Positions 1 through 12,314 of a stretch of 64,000 nucleotides of DNA are shown in pieces (the first letter of the stretch is position 1; each line of letters starts with the position of its first letter). The position numbers and the translations under genes were made by a program. The notes under the pieces were generated by a model that saw nothing but the letters and a program-made list of their open reading frames with translations, did no database searches and was not told where the DNA came from. Source of the stretch: Camelus dromedarius (taxonomy: Eukaryota); the NCBI RefSeq assembly GCF_036321535.1, contig NC_087449.1, positions 38,874,001 to 38,938,000 on the forward strand, given 5' to 3'.

Positions 1-490
1 AACTCAGTATTTGCTGATGATGTGGTTCCCTATATAAAAAAGCCAAGAGAATCAACGCCAATATATAAATAAACTAAAAAAGAGTTCTGCAAGATTGCTC
101 CAAATGAAATCAATATGCAAATTAGTATTCCTCGCTACCAATAATAACCAACTAGTAAACATAATAGCAAAAGTAAGATATAATAACAACAAAACTATAG
201 AGTACTTAGAAACCAACCTAAAAAAGTGACCTTTATAGAGGAAAAAAAATTAAATTCTCTAAGGACTTAAAGAGATCGAGCAAATGGAATAAAATACATA
301 TTGATGGATAGTAACATGGTAAAGATTTTATTTCTCTCTAAATATTTCCAACAATTGAATGCAATTTCCGTCCAAATTCCAGCAGAATCTTTTAAGGAAC
401 TTCATAAAGTTATTTTAATATTTACATGGAGAAATAAGATCCATGAATATCTGTGTAAATAGGAGAAAAAAGATTAAGAAAGCCACATTA
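1..490 (+). mobile_element. Old L1 ORF2 (reverse transcriptase) fragment
   Basis: tttgctgatgat (FADD RT motif) at 10-21, followed by decayed A-rich L1 ORF2-like sequence. Confidence 0.7.
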
Positions 491-676
491 ATTAAAACAG
501 GGTGACACTGGACAGGAAGATTCAACTTCAGGATAATGATTCCTTCTGGGGCCCGGGAGGCAGTTTCGAGAGGAGTGCTCAGGGAATAATGCTAAGAGAA
601 CAAGTCAAGTTCTGTTTCTTAATTGGATTTGGGATATTTAGCTATTTTTTTAAAAAATTACATTCCATATACTCTT

Positions 677-810
677 AAAAAAATTTTTGGGGGGGGGTGG
701 GGAGGTAATTAGGTTTATTTATTTATTTATTTAAATGAAAATACTCGGGATTGAACCCAGGACCTCATGCATGCTAAGTATGCACTCTACCACTGAGCCA
801 TACCCTCCCC
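677..810 (-). mobile_element. Camelid tRNA-derived SINE (Vic-1-like)
   Basis: A/B-box tRNA-like head on the minus strand; 12-bp TSD ccatatactctt at 665-676 and 811-822. Confidence 0.9.
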
Positions 811-1709
811 CCATATACTCTTTTATGTATGAAATACATAAATTTTAAAATAAAGAAATAAAAAGGTTTTTAAGACATGGCACTTTAACTCCAGGAAAAG
901 AAAAGTTTTACATGGTAGGAAAGGTAATCATAGAACTCTACTTGGCTTGGCTCAAACAATATTGAAATACAATGACTTAGGGAAGAGAGGGTGTGAGGGA
1001 GAAAACATCCTCATCTGTCATGATGAGAAGCTTGAAAAACCCCAAATAGAGTTGCTTATGCTAAGCCCCACTTCACAGAGCGGAGGCTTAACTAGTTTCA
1101 GCTCTCCCAGAAATGGAATCTTAAATCAGCCAGCCAATCAGGAATCGCCTGATCAGTGCTGGTTAGGTAATCTGTCTGATTTTACCTTAAGTCTCTGAGT
1201 GTTAAAACACATCTTCTGGGCTGAATAATTATCATTCTAAGTACATGATCAGTCAAAACAAGGTAAGAATTTTCAACCCAAAAAGTAAAAATTTATTGGA
1301 AATGCATCTCCTAATGAGATGGACGCATTTTTATTTTTCAATTGGTTTACATAGAGTGAAACAGTTTGTTGCCAATTCTATTCCTATTTTTGTTTCTACA
1401 AATGAAAGAGCTGAGAAAGCTTAAAATAAATAAATAGATGGGAATTGGAGAGAGTTTTGCTTTTTTGGTTTTTCTGTTTTTGTTTTTGTTTTATGCCTCT
1501 TTGTTGGATGTCCCAGATGGTTTTTACATCCCTGGCACTGTGGTACGCTCAAATGATGGACTATTGTGCAGAAAATAAAATGGATGAACTAAAACTAGAT
1601 TTACAGATACGAACACAAATTAATCTTGGAAATGTAATTTTGAATAAAAAAGGAATTACAGATGGATGGATAAGGTATGATATTTATATACATTTTAAAA
1701 ACACATGAC

Positions 1710-1865
1710 CGAGGGGAAGAGAGTATAGCTCAGTGGTAGAACACGTGCTTAGCATGCACAGGGTCCTGGGTTCAATCCTCAGTACCTCCATTAAAAAAAA
1801 AATAGATAAGTAAACCTAATTATACCCCCTCCCCAGCAAAAAAAAAAAAAAAAAAGACAAAACCA
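1710..1865 (+). mobile_element. Camelid tRNA-derived SINE (Vic-1-like)
   Basis: tatagctcagtggtaga...gggttcaatcc head, A-rich tail, near-perfect TSD aaaaacacat(g/t)ac. Confidence 0.9.
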
Positions 1866-4315
1866 AAAAACACATTACTGATAACTGTCGGTGATTGGAG
1901 GACATACCAACTTCAGAATAGTGGGTATCACTGGACAGAGTGGGAGCAAATGGGACTGGGGGGACAAATGCTGGCTACAACTTTATATATAAGGCTTTTA
2001 TTTTTGTTTTGTTTTTAACAAATGAACAACCATATTTTTATTTATTTACTTTTTAATAAGTTTAAATCCTTGAGGGGTACAGCACCACACAGAATCTAAG
2101 TCCAATGGCCTTAGCAGGAAGGCTGCTTCTGAATTTGGCGGGAACCATGCCACTCTTTCCGTGGGCACGAATTACCTTTCCCCAGATTACTCTCCTCTTG
2201 TTTGGTTTACCACCAGAAGTCACTGTGGTGTTCTTTGCTTTGTTTGCATAAACACATCTCTTGTCTGGGTAGAATTCAGTTTCATCACAAGTATAAATAC
2301 CTCCGGTATTCAGAAGAGCTTTGTGCTTCCTCTGATTCCAGATACATTTACTATTTTAAAGTCCTATTCCCAGCAGGCCTCCATAGGCTCCAAAATGGAA
2401 GAAAGGGAGCTGTAGAAGGTTTTGCTTACTTTTTGAGCTTAACTAAAGCACATCTCAAGAAATGTTCATATCTATTAAGTCTGAGTATCAGATGTGTTTT
2501 TGTCCTCTAGACTTTTCTGTGGAGTTAGAAATAGTTCATGATGAACTTTGAAAATAATAAGGAATGGGAAGTGAGGAAGTAGAGATAAGGAGAAAACTAA
2601 GAATTCTTTTACTATAGGAGTTGTTTCACTTCATAAAAAATATATCCTGAAGTCTCTGTTGTTTGAATCAATTTCAAGGTTTGAGAAGCCTTGTTTATAC
2701 AATTACAAAAGTCATTTTGAAAAGTTTAGTATGAAAATTAATTCCAAATTGTACCGGTTGGCCCACAAACCTAGAGGTGACGCTCAGTGGAAACTAATTG
2801 TTTAGAACAAAAGTTTCATTTGTTCCCTTGCGGTTGTAGGAAAGTTTGTTTTTAATAAGGAGATCTCTGTGAGAATATTTTTCCTGAAACAAAAATACGA
2901 AGTGAAGTTTTTTCTTTGTTGTGGTTGATCACCATATTCCATAAGGAGCCCGCGGCTGCAGGGTGGTGTAGGTCTAGAGAGTTCTTCCCCTGTCTCCCCT
3001 CCCTTTCCTTCCTCCCACTCTCTCCCTTTCTTTTTCACTTGGGAGACAATGGAGGCTACTTGGTCTGCAGGGATGAAGGGGCACTGAGCGGCACCCGGGC
3101 AGTGGAGGGATGGCCTTTGATGGGAGGAGGGCAGAGGAAGGGGCAGATGCTAGGGGGCTGTGAGGTTGGGAGGTGGGAAGATAAGGAAATGGCTTCTGCT
3201 TTCTCAGCGAAATCTATTGTGACGTTATCTGCTGAGAGTGAGAGTTGGGGAGGAGTGGGATGGTTTCGGTGAGAGAAGAAGGTACAAAGTGGGTGCCCCC
3301 AGAGTGGGCAGCAGAGCCCGCAAGAGCCGATCAAGTGATAGCGGGGCCTTAGTCATAAGGTTTGGTCAGATGTCTGTTTTTTCCAGCAGTTCAGCTGCTA
3401 CAGGGCAGATGCTGAAAAGGGAGAGGAAGATGGAGGGCAAGAGAGAAACTGCCGAGGAGTGACAGAGTAGAGGATAGGTTGCCCCACAGTCCTCACTGTG
3501 GGGGAGTTACTACCGCACCATCTCCCGCGTCTTTCTCCCACCATCACGGAGTCGGAGCCCGGGTCCTTCCTTTTACCTAACTGGACCCCCATCCTCCTCC
3601 CCTCCCACTCCCCAGCCCCCTTCATCTGTACTTTAATTCCTCTCTCCTGGATACCTGTATGGTCGCTCTCTCCACCTGTAATGGCTTCTACCAGTGGTGT
3701 TTAAGCATGTTTGACACTCTCCTAATTTTAACTCTCCTAATTTTAACAAAGGGGGCAGAGGGAGGCTGCGTTTACTCCCACAGCCCTTCCAGCTACAATG
3801 TCTCCTTATTTGGCTTTTTCAGGACCAAACGTCTGGAAATAGTTGCCTGCAGTCTTTACCTCCCACCTCCCTCCCAGTTCCCTGCAATTGGGCTTCCATC
3901 ACCCCCTACTCGTTGGAAATGGCTCAGGCCGAGGTCACCAGCAACTGCCCTGTTGTTGAATCCAATGGACTTTGCAGTTCCCACCTCACTTGATCACTCA
4001 TTTGACAGAACTGACTGCTCCCTTCTGGAAACTTCTTTTCTGCCCTTGATATCTGTGCTGTCCACACTGCTGTCTGACCTTCCTAATTTCACTGCTCCTT
4101 CTGCCGTGCCCCTCCCTAAGGCCACTGTTCTCTAGGGACCTATCCTAGATGTCTTTTCTCTCCTCACTGTGTGCTCTTTCTTCTTGGCAAGCCAGGGCAT
4201 CTCTTGCTCCAGGCCACCATTTATTTCTCTCTGGCTTTGCTGCTCAGAGTCCTAAATCATCTCCCAAACTTCCTGTTGGGCATACAGTCTCCATACTTTA
4301 GCAAGAATGGCTGTC

Positions 4316-4690
4316 CAGTGGCTTTCAGCTTAGTGCGCATAAGAATCACCCGGAGGCTCATTAAAACTAAACTCAGACACCTGGGTCCTACTGGGAGTTT
4401 CTGAATGGAGCCTAATTATTTGCATTTCTAAGCAGTACATGGGTAGATTAGGTGTGTTTTCTAGGGTACCATAACAAAGTACCACAAATGGGGTGACGTA
4501 AGTTTATTGCCTCACAGCTCTGGAGGCCTCATTTTAACTAATTACATCTGCAATGACTTTATTTCCAAATGAAGTCTCATTCTAAGGTATTGGGGAGGAG
4601 TTAGCACTTCAGCATATGATTTTGGAGGAGAAGGGGACACCATTCAACTCATAATACCAATAACAGCACGTAATGCTAATGTTGCTTCAA
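4316..4690. mobile_element. MER5-like hAT element interrupted by an internally deleted MLT1 LTR (about 4450-4645)
   Basis: cagtgg...agaatcacccggag (MER5-like); ataacaaagtaccacaa...ctcacagctctggagg (MLT1-like). Confidence 0.55.
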
Positions 4691-5124
4691 AACACTAATC
4701 TGATCATATTATTCTCCTTTAAAGATTTTCAGTGGCCCCGCATTGCTCTCAAGGTAAATCTAAGGTCTTAGTTTGGCCCTGAAGACCCATCAAAATCTGG
4801 TCACTACTACTTAGCCACTTGCCCTTTCACCACTCAGACTGACACTGTTCCTCTCTGCCTGGAACACCGTCATCACCCTTCTTCTATGAATCCTTTAATG
4901 CTCTGCCTACATGTCACTGAACATTCGGATCAGTGCTCAACACACATACCTGTCTCCTAGGGCCTAGCACAGGGTTTGACACAGTGTTCAATATATTTTG
5001 TTGAATGAGTGTACGAAGACAAGTATGTTCAAGCCTTTTTAAAAAAAATTCAATTTACAATTTTTAGTTCAAGAGAAATTTTAATTTGGAATCCCAATTA
5101 TAAAATAAAATCATATGAAACATA

Positions 5125-5275
5125 AGCAGCAAGGTTATACTGTATAGCACAATGGGAATTACAGTCATTATCTTGTAATAACCTATACGGAGTATAATCT
5201 GCAAAAATACTGAATCACTCTGCCATACACCTGAAATTAACATAATATTGTAAATAAAATATATTACATAAAACA
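5125..5275 (+). mobile_element. L1 3' end fragment (artiodactyl type)
   Basis: aaggttatactgtatagcaca...tacacctgaaattaacataatattgtaaat motif. Confidence 0.75.
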
Positions 5276-5418
5276 AAATCACACTTTCTAGTTGGCCTGC
5301 TGTCTATATTCCTGCCAGTCTGGCTTTTGCTCCGTCCCCTGGTGGTGGCTCTAGGCTTAGCAGGAAAACTAAGGAACCTTTTAAGGTATTTCCGAAACCG
5401 GAGGTGGAGGACGCCTTT

Positions 5419-5443
5419 ATTTACATACCCACAAGGCATTGCA
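5419..5443 (+). promoter_or_regulatory. U5 distal sequence element: octamer plus SPH (ZNF143/Staf) site
   Basis: ATTTACAT (one mismatch to ATTTGCAT) at 5419-5426, about -220, directly followed by TACCCACAAGGCATTGCA, a close match to the ZNF143 motif. Confidence 0.75.
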
Positions 5444-5577
5444 CACAGGATTGTTCTTACTTTAAAACAGCTAGATTCTTCTTTTTATTTTGACTCCCCC
5501 CCCCCCCCGATAATGAGAATATTTTCAGAGAATTGTCAGCAATAAAGGCAGAACTCACTAGCTCTTTGGGATAAATA

Positions 5578-5596
5578 GTTACCATTGCTGTTCTAG
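5578..5596 (+). promoter_or_regulatory. U5 proximal sequence element (PSE)
   Basis: GTTACCATTGCT at about -60 from the U5 start; partial match to the snRNA PSE consensus at the expected distance. Confidence 0.55.
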
Positions 5597-5638
5597 GAGT
5601 GACAGTTATCCGAGAACTATGTGAGCCATTAGGGTAGC

Positions 5639-5755
5639 ATACTCTGGTTTCTCTTCAGATCGTATAAATCTTTCGCCTTTTACTAAAGATTTCCGTGGAG
5701 AGGAACAATTCTGAGTTTTTGCCCAATTTTTTGAGGCCTTGCTTTTAGCAAGGCT
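5639..5755 (+). ncRNA. RNU5: U5 spliceosomal snRNA gene, intact
   Basis: ATACTCTGGTTTCTCTTCAGATCG start, invariant loop 1 GCCTTTTAC, Sm site AATTTTTTG (5725-5733), perfect 3' stem GCCTTGCT/AGCAAGGC; no poly(A) or TSD; position downstream of ARMH1 matches the human RNU5D locus as recalled. Confidence 0.97.
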
Positions 5756-5764
5756 ACTAAAGAT

Positions 5765-5780
5765 GTTAAAAAAATAGATT
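5765..5780 (+). terminator. snRNA 3' box
   Basis: GTTAAAAAAATAGA about 9 nt after the U5 3' end, resembling GTTTN(1-4)AANARNAGA. Confidence 0.65.
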
Positions 5781-6844
5781 AAATACTACACTGGGTTCAT
5801 GTTATCTTGTTTAGACTATCTGCAGGAGGCTTTTTGACTCCGGGTTGTTTTGACAGAATATGCCACTAGACTTACCAACTTATTGTTTTGTTATTTTTTT
5901 CTCTTATTTTTGTCATTGTGTAGTTTGTGCTGGTTTATTCTTTTGTGTGTTATCTAAAGTGAGTTAAGAGATCTTTAGAGTGAGCTTGGGTGTCCTTTTT
6001 GTTCTGTTTTCAGAAGTTTAAGTAAGTGTGTGAGATACTTGCATTTGGAGGGTTACACTGGGTGGCACAGTGGAGGAAGGATGGACCTGCACTCCCCTCA
6101 AGGAGATAGGAGCCAGTTCAGGGAAGGGCGCCATTGGCCTCTTACTCTCAGGAACCAAGCCGTTATTAGGAATTCAAGTACATTCACAGAGGAGGTGGAT
6201 ACACTTTGTCCCCAGGGCTTCGATTTTATGCTCACACGTTGGGGGCCACCAAGCATAAAATCCTGAACTGCCTCCTGTGCTTGGCAACAACAGATGTTTG
6301 CTACCTGTGGACTATCCCGTTAACCTGTTTTTGTTTTTAGGTCTTGAATTAAACTTTTAAAGTTCAGACTTGGGCATATATATCTGTTCACAGACATTTT
6401 TCAAGGCAGTACCTGAGCAGTTCAGGAAAGGCCCATCTCTCTGGGGCTCTGGTTCTCCATGCACTCGGGTAACTTGGCTTTTTAAAAAAACTTTTAAAAA
6501 TCGAAGTATAGTTGGCTGCTTTTTGTATCACACATTTATATACATATTTTCTTTATGAGGTAATTTAGCCTGAAAACTAGAACTGTTAAAAATAGGTTGT
6601 ATCTGTGATTTCCAATTTTTATGTTATATTAAGACAGCAACCAATTGTTATAAATTTGAACTTTAAAAATAAACTTATACTACATAACAATCAAGAGCAG
6701 TATGCAAACCTTAACTGGATACTAATCAAAACCCAAAAACATACCAAAAAAAGGAAGACAGGAAGAAAACAGAAGGTATGTTTTTGATACCTTTGTGGAA
6801 TTTTTAATATGTATTCTCTTTGAGATATCATTGAATTAATAATT

Positions 6845-7302
6845 GTATTTTATTTCTGCTGTAACAAATTACTACCCATTTAGTGACTTGAAACAACATA
6901 GATTTATTCTTCTCACAGTTCTGGAGGTCAGAAGTCTAAAATCAAGGCTGCATTCTTTCTAAAGGCTTCAGGGTGGGGGAATCTGTTTCCTTGCCTTTTT
7001 CAGCTTCCAAAAAGACGACTTTATTCCTTGGCTCATGAGCCCTTGCCTGCATCACTCCAACCCTCTTGCTTCTGTCTTGTCATCTCGTTATCTCCTGTTG
7101 CTAACTCTGGATCCTCCTATCTCCCTCTTATAAGGACCCTTGTGATTACCTCGGGCCCACCTAGATAATCCAGGAGAATCTCCCCATCCCAAGATCGTTA
7201 ACCACACCTGCAAAATCCCTTTTACCTTGTGAGGTAACATATATATTGGTTCCTGGGATTAGGATGTGGACATATTTGGAGGCCAATTACTCAGACTACC
7301 AC
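6845..7302 (-). mobile_element. MLT1D-like ERVL-MaLR solo LTR
   Basis: Reverse complement begins tgtggtagtctgagtaattggcctccaaatatgtccacatcctaatccc, as in the recalled MLT1D consensus. Confidence 0.75.
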
Positions 7303-7959
7303 AATCATGATATCATAAATATGTGTGAGAATGTCCTTATTTTTAGTAAAAAGATAATATGAAGTATTTAGAAGTGAAATGTCATGATATCTGAAACTTT
7401 CAAATAGCTCAGTAAACAGCAAATGTGTCAAAGGGTATAGGTATATAGATATTCATTGTATTATTTCAACTCTTCTGTAGCTTTGAACTTTTGAAAATAA
7501 AAAGTTGGAGGAAAATAAATATATGTTAAATTCTATGTAATGTGTATTTGTTTTAGATATTTGTATTATACTTAAGATTTCATTTTAAAAGCTCCACTGT
7601 TGTTAAACTTTGATCATCTTAGATCAGTGGTTTCCAGATTTTTGGATTTTTCAATTAAATTTTCCAAAAAATTTCTAAGGTACTGTTTTTTAAAAAATTG
7701 TAATTCTACAAAAAGAGAAGCCATTTCAAGACTAAAAACAGTAAGAATTACTTGACACCAAAGGACAGGACACTTATTTAGAATAGGAAATCCATTTAGT
7801 TTTATGGAAAACATGCCAATATTTTGTTAACTTTTCTCTCCTCCCTCTGCCACACTAGAGGAAAGCTGAGGCTTAAAATCCCAGTTTGGGCTGCCTTTGA
7901 CCATCAGTATCAGGGCTGGTGATGCCCTCTTGTGGCAGTCTGGAGAATTACTGCCATCT

Positions 7960-8860
7960 GACTTCTTTTTTTCCCACTTGAAGGGACAATTCCCTCACAA
8001 TAATTCATTCATTCCTGTGTGCCAGACCTTGTGTTTGGGCTATATCAGTAATGAACACAAATATCCCTCCCCAGAGCTTACATTCTTGTGGAGAAACAGA
8101 CAATAAATAAATAACACATAAATAAGTGCTATGGAAAAAACAGCAGTGTGGGGGGACTGTGTGTGTGTGTGGGGGGGGGTGTCAGAGTACAGGAAATAGT
8201 AGTGTGGGTTGTGACTTAAAAAAGAGTAACCCTTATTGAAAGGTGACTTTTGTGTGAAGCGCTGAAAGGAGGTGAGGGGGTTAGCCATGCAGATATCTGG
8301 GCTGAGAGCTTCTAGGAACACAACCTCTCTCACTGTTCAGCAAAAGGTCTGTTCAAAAGCCCTAAAGCAAGAGCTTGTTTGTCAGTTTCAAGAAACACAC
8401 AGCCAATGTGTCTGGAGCCCAGTGAAGGATAGACAGAGAAGTAGGAGAGCATTCTGAAGTCATGGGAGACTAGATCACCTAGGGCCCTGGGGGCTGTAAT
8501 AGTAAGAGCTTGAGCTTTACTCTCAGTGAAATGGAGAACCCTGCAAGGTTCTGAGCAGAGTGACAGAATCTGAAGTTTACAAGAACCATTCTGGCTGCTG
8601 TAGTGAAAGCAGAAAGCAGAGTCACCTAGAGGAGAGATGATGCTGGTTCAGATGAGAGTATTAGCAAAGGAGGAAGTGAGATATGGTTGGATTCCGGATA
8701 TATTTGGAAGGTAGACTCAACAGACAGAATGGATCCAGATGTTAAAGAGAGACATCAAGGAGAACTCCACTATTTTATTCTGAGTGGTAGGAAGGATGAG
8801 TTGTAATCAGTTGAGTTGGGGATGATGGCACGGGACCCTCAGTTCAGTTTTGGACACAGA
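7960..8860 (+). mobile_element. L2 LINE fragments
   Basis: attcattcattc...gtgccagac and gagttcagttttggaca-like L2 3' motifs; contains a (TG)n/G run at about 8157-8180. Confidence 0.55.
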
Positions 8861-9301
8861 TGAAATAAAAATCCATATTCTAAGGCAAGTCAAGGAAAAT
8901 GTGAACATAAAAAATTTCCTCTGCCCTTTGACCTCCTCTCTCCCCTCTCCTGTGCACTGTGTATCTGCATTATGCGTCATCCAAACTTCCCCATAGGCAA
9001 ATTCCTGCTCAACCTTGAAGAGCAGTATTCTTCTAGCATTAGCAAGATTAACTCTTTAGGAGATAACCTTCCTTCTTAATCTTGTAAGTGGCCACGACTA
9101 GTAACTGCTTTGTACCTGTAGATATGGATTGTGTGAATGTCACTGTGTATGTCATTTAATGTACAGCCTCCGTCTCAAAAACTTATATAACTTTGCTCTG
9201 ACTACTTTCTGAAAGGCTGTTCCTAGGTTATAATCCTCAATTTGGCTCGAATAAAATCTTCCATTTCTTTCTTAGACTGACTAATTTATTCATCGGCAAC
9301 A
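8861..9301 (+). mobile_element. ERV1-like solo LTR
   Basis: TG...CA termini, TATA-like ttatataa at 9183, AATAAA at 9250, about 440 bp, inserted in L2; TSD not resolved. Confidence 0.6.
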
Positions 9302-9747
9302 CAATAAAGTAAAAATGTTTAGTCGGAAATAGAAATGTGGGAGTCATTGCAGATCCGTGGTACTTAAGGCTCTGAGACAGGATGAGATCACTAGGGTGTA
9401 AAGGTAGAGAGGAGGCTCAAGGTCAGAGTCCTTCCTCTTTCCAACTTTAAAAAAGCTGGGTTGAAGAGGAGGAATCAGGAAAAAGGAGTGAGAGGAAGCA
9501 ACCAAGAAGTCGGAGAAAAAACAGGCAGGTTCCATGTCCTGGAGGGGAGAGGGCAGGAGCCAGCAGGGAGCTGAGGTGAGACCCTCTCCTCAGGCTACGC
9601 TCTTGAATCCTCCAGGATGTTGGTGGCCCTTCCCTTCAGATCAGCTTTTTCCCTTGGTGAGCAGAGGCCCCCCCAGCGCATCATCATAGGTCTCATTCCA
9701 TCTTCCTCTGACCTCCACACATAGACACCAGATAGACAGTAAGACTG

Positions 9748-9753
9748 TTTATT
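9748..9753 (-). terminator. ARMH1: ARMH1 polyadenylation signal
   Basis: AATAAA on the minus strand about 165 nt after the stop codon. Confidence 0.7.
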
Positions 9754-9918
9754 GAACCCTTCACAGTCAGCTCTCCCTCTTCCCCACTGGCCTGGGGAAC
9801 CCCTAGCCTCCCACCAAGGGCCAAGAAGAGTCGCGCTGAGCTTGGCCCCAGGCTCCTTCCTTCTGCCAGACTCCCCTGCCACACAGCCTTGGCTTCCCGG
9901 CTTGCCTCAGAGGCTCTG

Positions 9919-10267
<349 letters not shown>

Positions 10268-10412
10268 TCAGCCTGACTGGAAGGGCAGGAAAGACGCCAG
10301 GTGGAGAGGCCCCAGTCTGGGTAGTTTTTTGCCGGTGGCCGCCAGGGGGGGGGGGGGATACCAGGGGCGAGGCGGGGCGCAGGGGCACCGTTCTATCCCG
10401 GCCCGCAGCTCA

Positions 10413-11225
<813 letters not shown>

Positions 11226-11393
11226 TTAGCACCTCTTACTGTGCCAGGCGTGAGGGGAGCTGGGCTGGTGGCTCCTCAGCCCTGCTCTCCTGGAGCTTGT
11301 GGTTAAACGGGAGGGCCATAACTATTACTTCCTAGTTAGGGACCCATTTGTATTTTTACACACAAGAAACCTCTTTGAAAAAATCAAACATTT

Positions 11394-11508
11394 AGCTCTA
11401 CATAAGGCCTCAAAAAAATTCACTACCAATTTTCAAGTGTTTCTTCTCCATGGAAACTTTTGCTAAAATATAAAAGATTTCAACAAATTGGATAGAAACT
11501 CAGATGTG
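11394..11508 (-). pseudogene. Degenerate U5 copy (inverted duplicate in the left arm)
   Basis: Exact reverse complement of the 12036-12150 copy. Confidence 0.75.
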
Positions 11509-11562
11509 CAGTCCTTCTGTGCCCATCTTCCCAGATACTAGTGGATCTCCCAACACTTGCAA

Positions 11563-11715
11563 TTCAGTGTAGCAAACAGTGTGTTCAGAACAACATTTAC
11601 CCCGGTGTAAAGAGAAAGGAACCACAGAGAGGCAGAGCTAGAAGGGGGCAGGATCAGATGGTAAGGAGATGGTACACCGGGATAAATGTTGTTCTAAACA
11701 CACTGCTACACTGAA
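11563..11715. repeat. Inner hairpin / MITE-like inverted repeat
   Basis: ttcagtgtagc(aaac)agtgtgttcagaacaacatttaccccggtgta (11563-11609) pairs with 11673-11715, with 2 mismatches and a 4-nt bulge. Confidence 0.85.
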
Positions 11716-11807
11716 GGCAGAACTTAGAAACCAGTTGTTCCCCAGCTGGAGAGTCAAGGCCTCCCATCTACACTCACTCCGAGGGAAGATGTTTCCCTGA
11801 CTAGATC

Positions 11808-11829
11808 ATCTGCATACCAGAATGCAAAG
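11808..11829 (+). promoter_or_regulatory. Decayed octamer + SPH (DSE) remnant of the second U5 copy
   Basis: ATCTGCAT-ACCAGAATGCA parallels ATTTACAT-ACCCACAAGGCA of the intact gene, at about -228. Confidence 0.5.
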
Positions 11830-12035
11830 TAGATTACATTAGAAATATTAACAGTATTACCTGTTCGAACAACGAAAATGAACCTTTTATTTTCATGTCA
11901 GGTGATTTTCCCCAGTAAGAACATGTTTAGGGGTATTTCTCTATAATGGAAGGAAAGTTTTTGTCGGTAGTTACAAAGGCATTGCAAGTGTTGGGAGATC
12001 CACCAGTATCTGGGAAGATGGGCACAGAAGGACTG

Positions 12036-12150
12036 CACATCTGAGTTTCTATCCAATTTGTTGAAATCTTTTATATTTTAGCAAAAGTTTCCATGGAGAA
12101 GAAACACTTGAAAATTGGTAGTGAATTTTTTTGAGGCCTTATGTAGAGCT
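12036..12150 (+). pseudogene. Degenerate full-length U5 gene copy
   Basis: ctgagtttct...aaatctttt...tttta...aaagtttccatggagaagaa...AATTTTTTTGAGGCCTT is collinear with U5; Sm site kept, loop 1 mutated. Confidence 0.75.
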
Positions 12151-12278
12151 AAATGTTTGATTTTTTCAAAGAGGTTTCTTGTGTGTAAAAATACAAATGG
12201 GTCCCTAACTAGGAAGTAATAGTTATGGCCAACTTATATTTTTTTGAAAGGGTTCTTGTTAAGTGTAATGTAAGCTAT

Positions 12279-12314
<36 letters not shown>

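Larger units (their letters stand above)
11314..12230. repeat. 250-bp inverted repeat: arms 11314-11563 and 11981-12230, 417-bp spacer
   Basis: Base-by-base comparison gives 249/250 identity; the only mismatch is 11540/12004. Confidence 0.95.

Noticed and set aside
3659-4135. 158-aa plus-strand ORF
   Set aside because: Overlaps pyrimidine-rich antisense L2-like sequence; Ser/Pro/Leu-rich composition is typical of such chance ORFs
12284-12312. Long T run just after the inverted repeat
   Set aside because: No flanking TSD or element body; treated as a simple homopolymer
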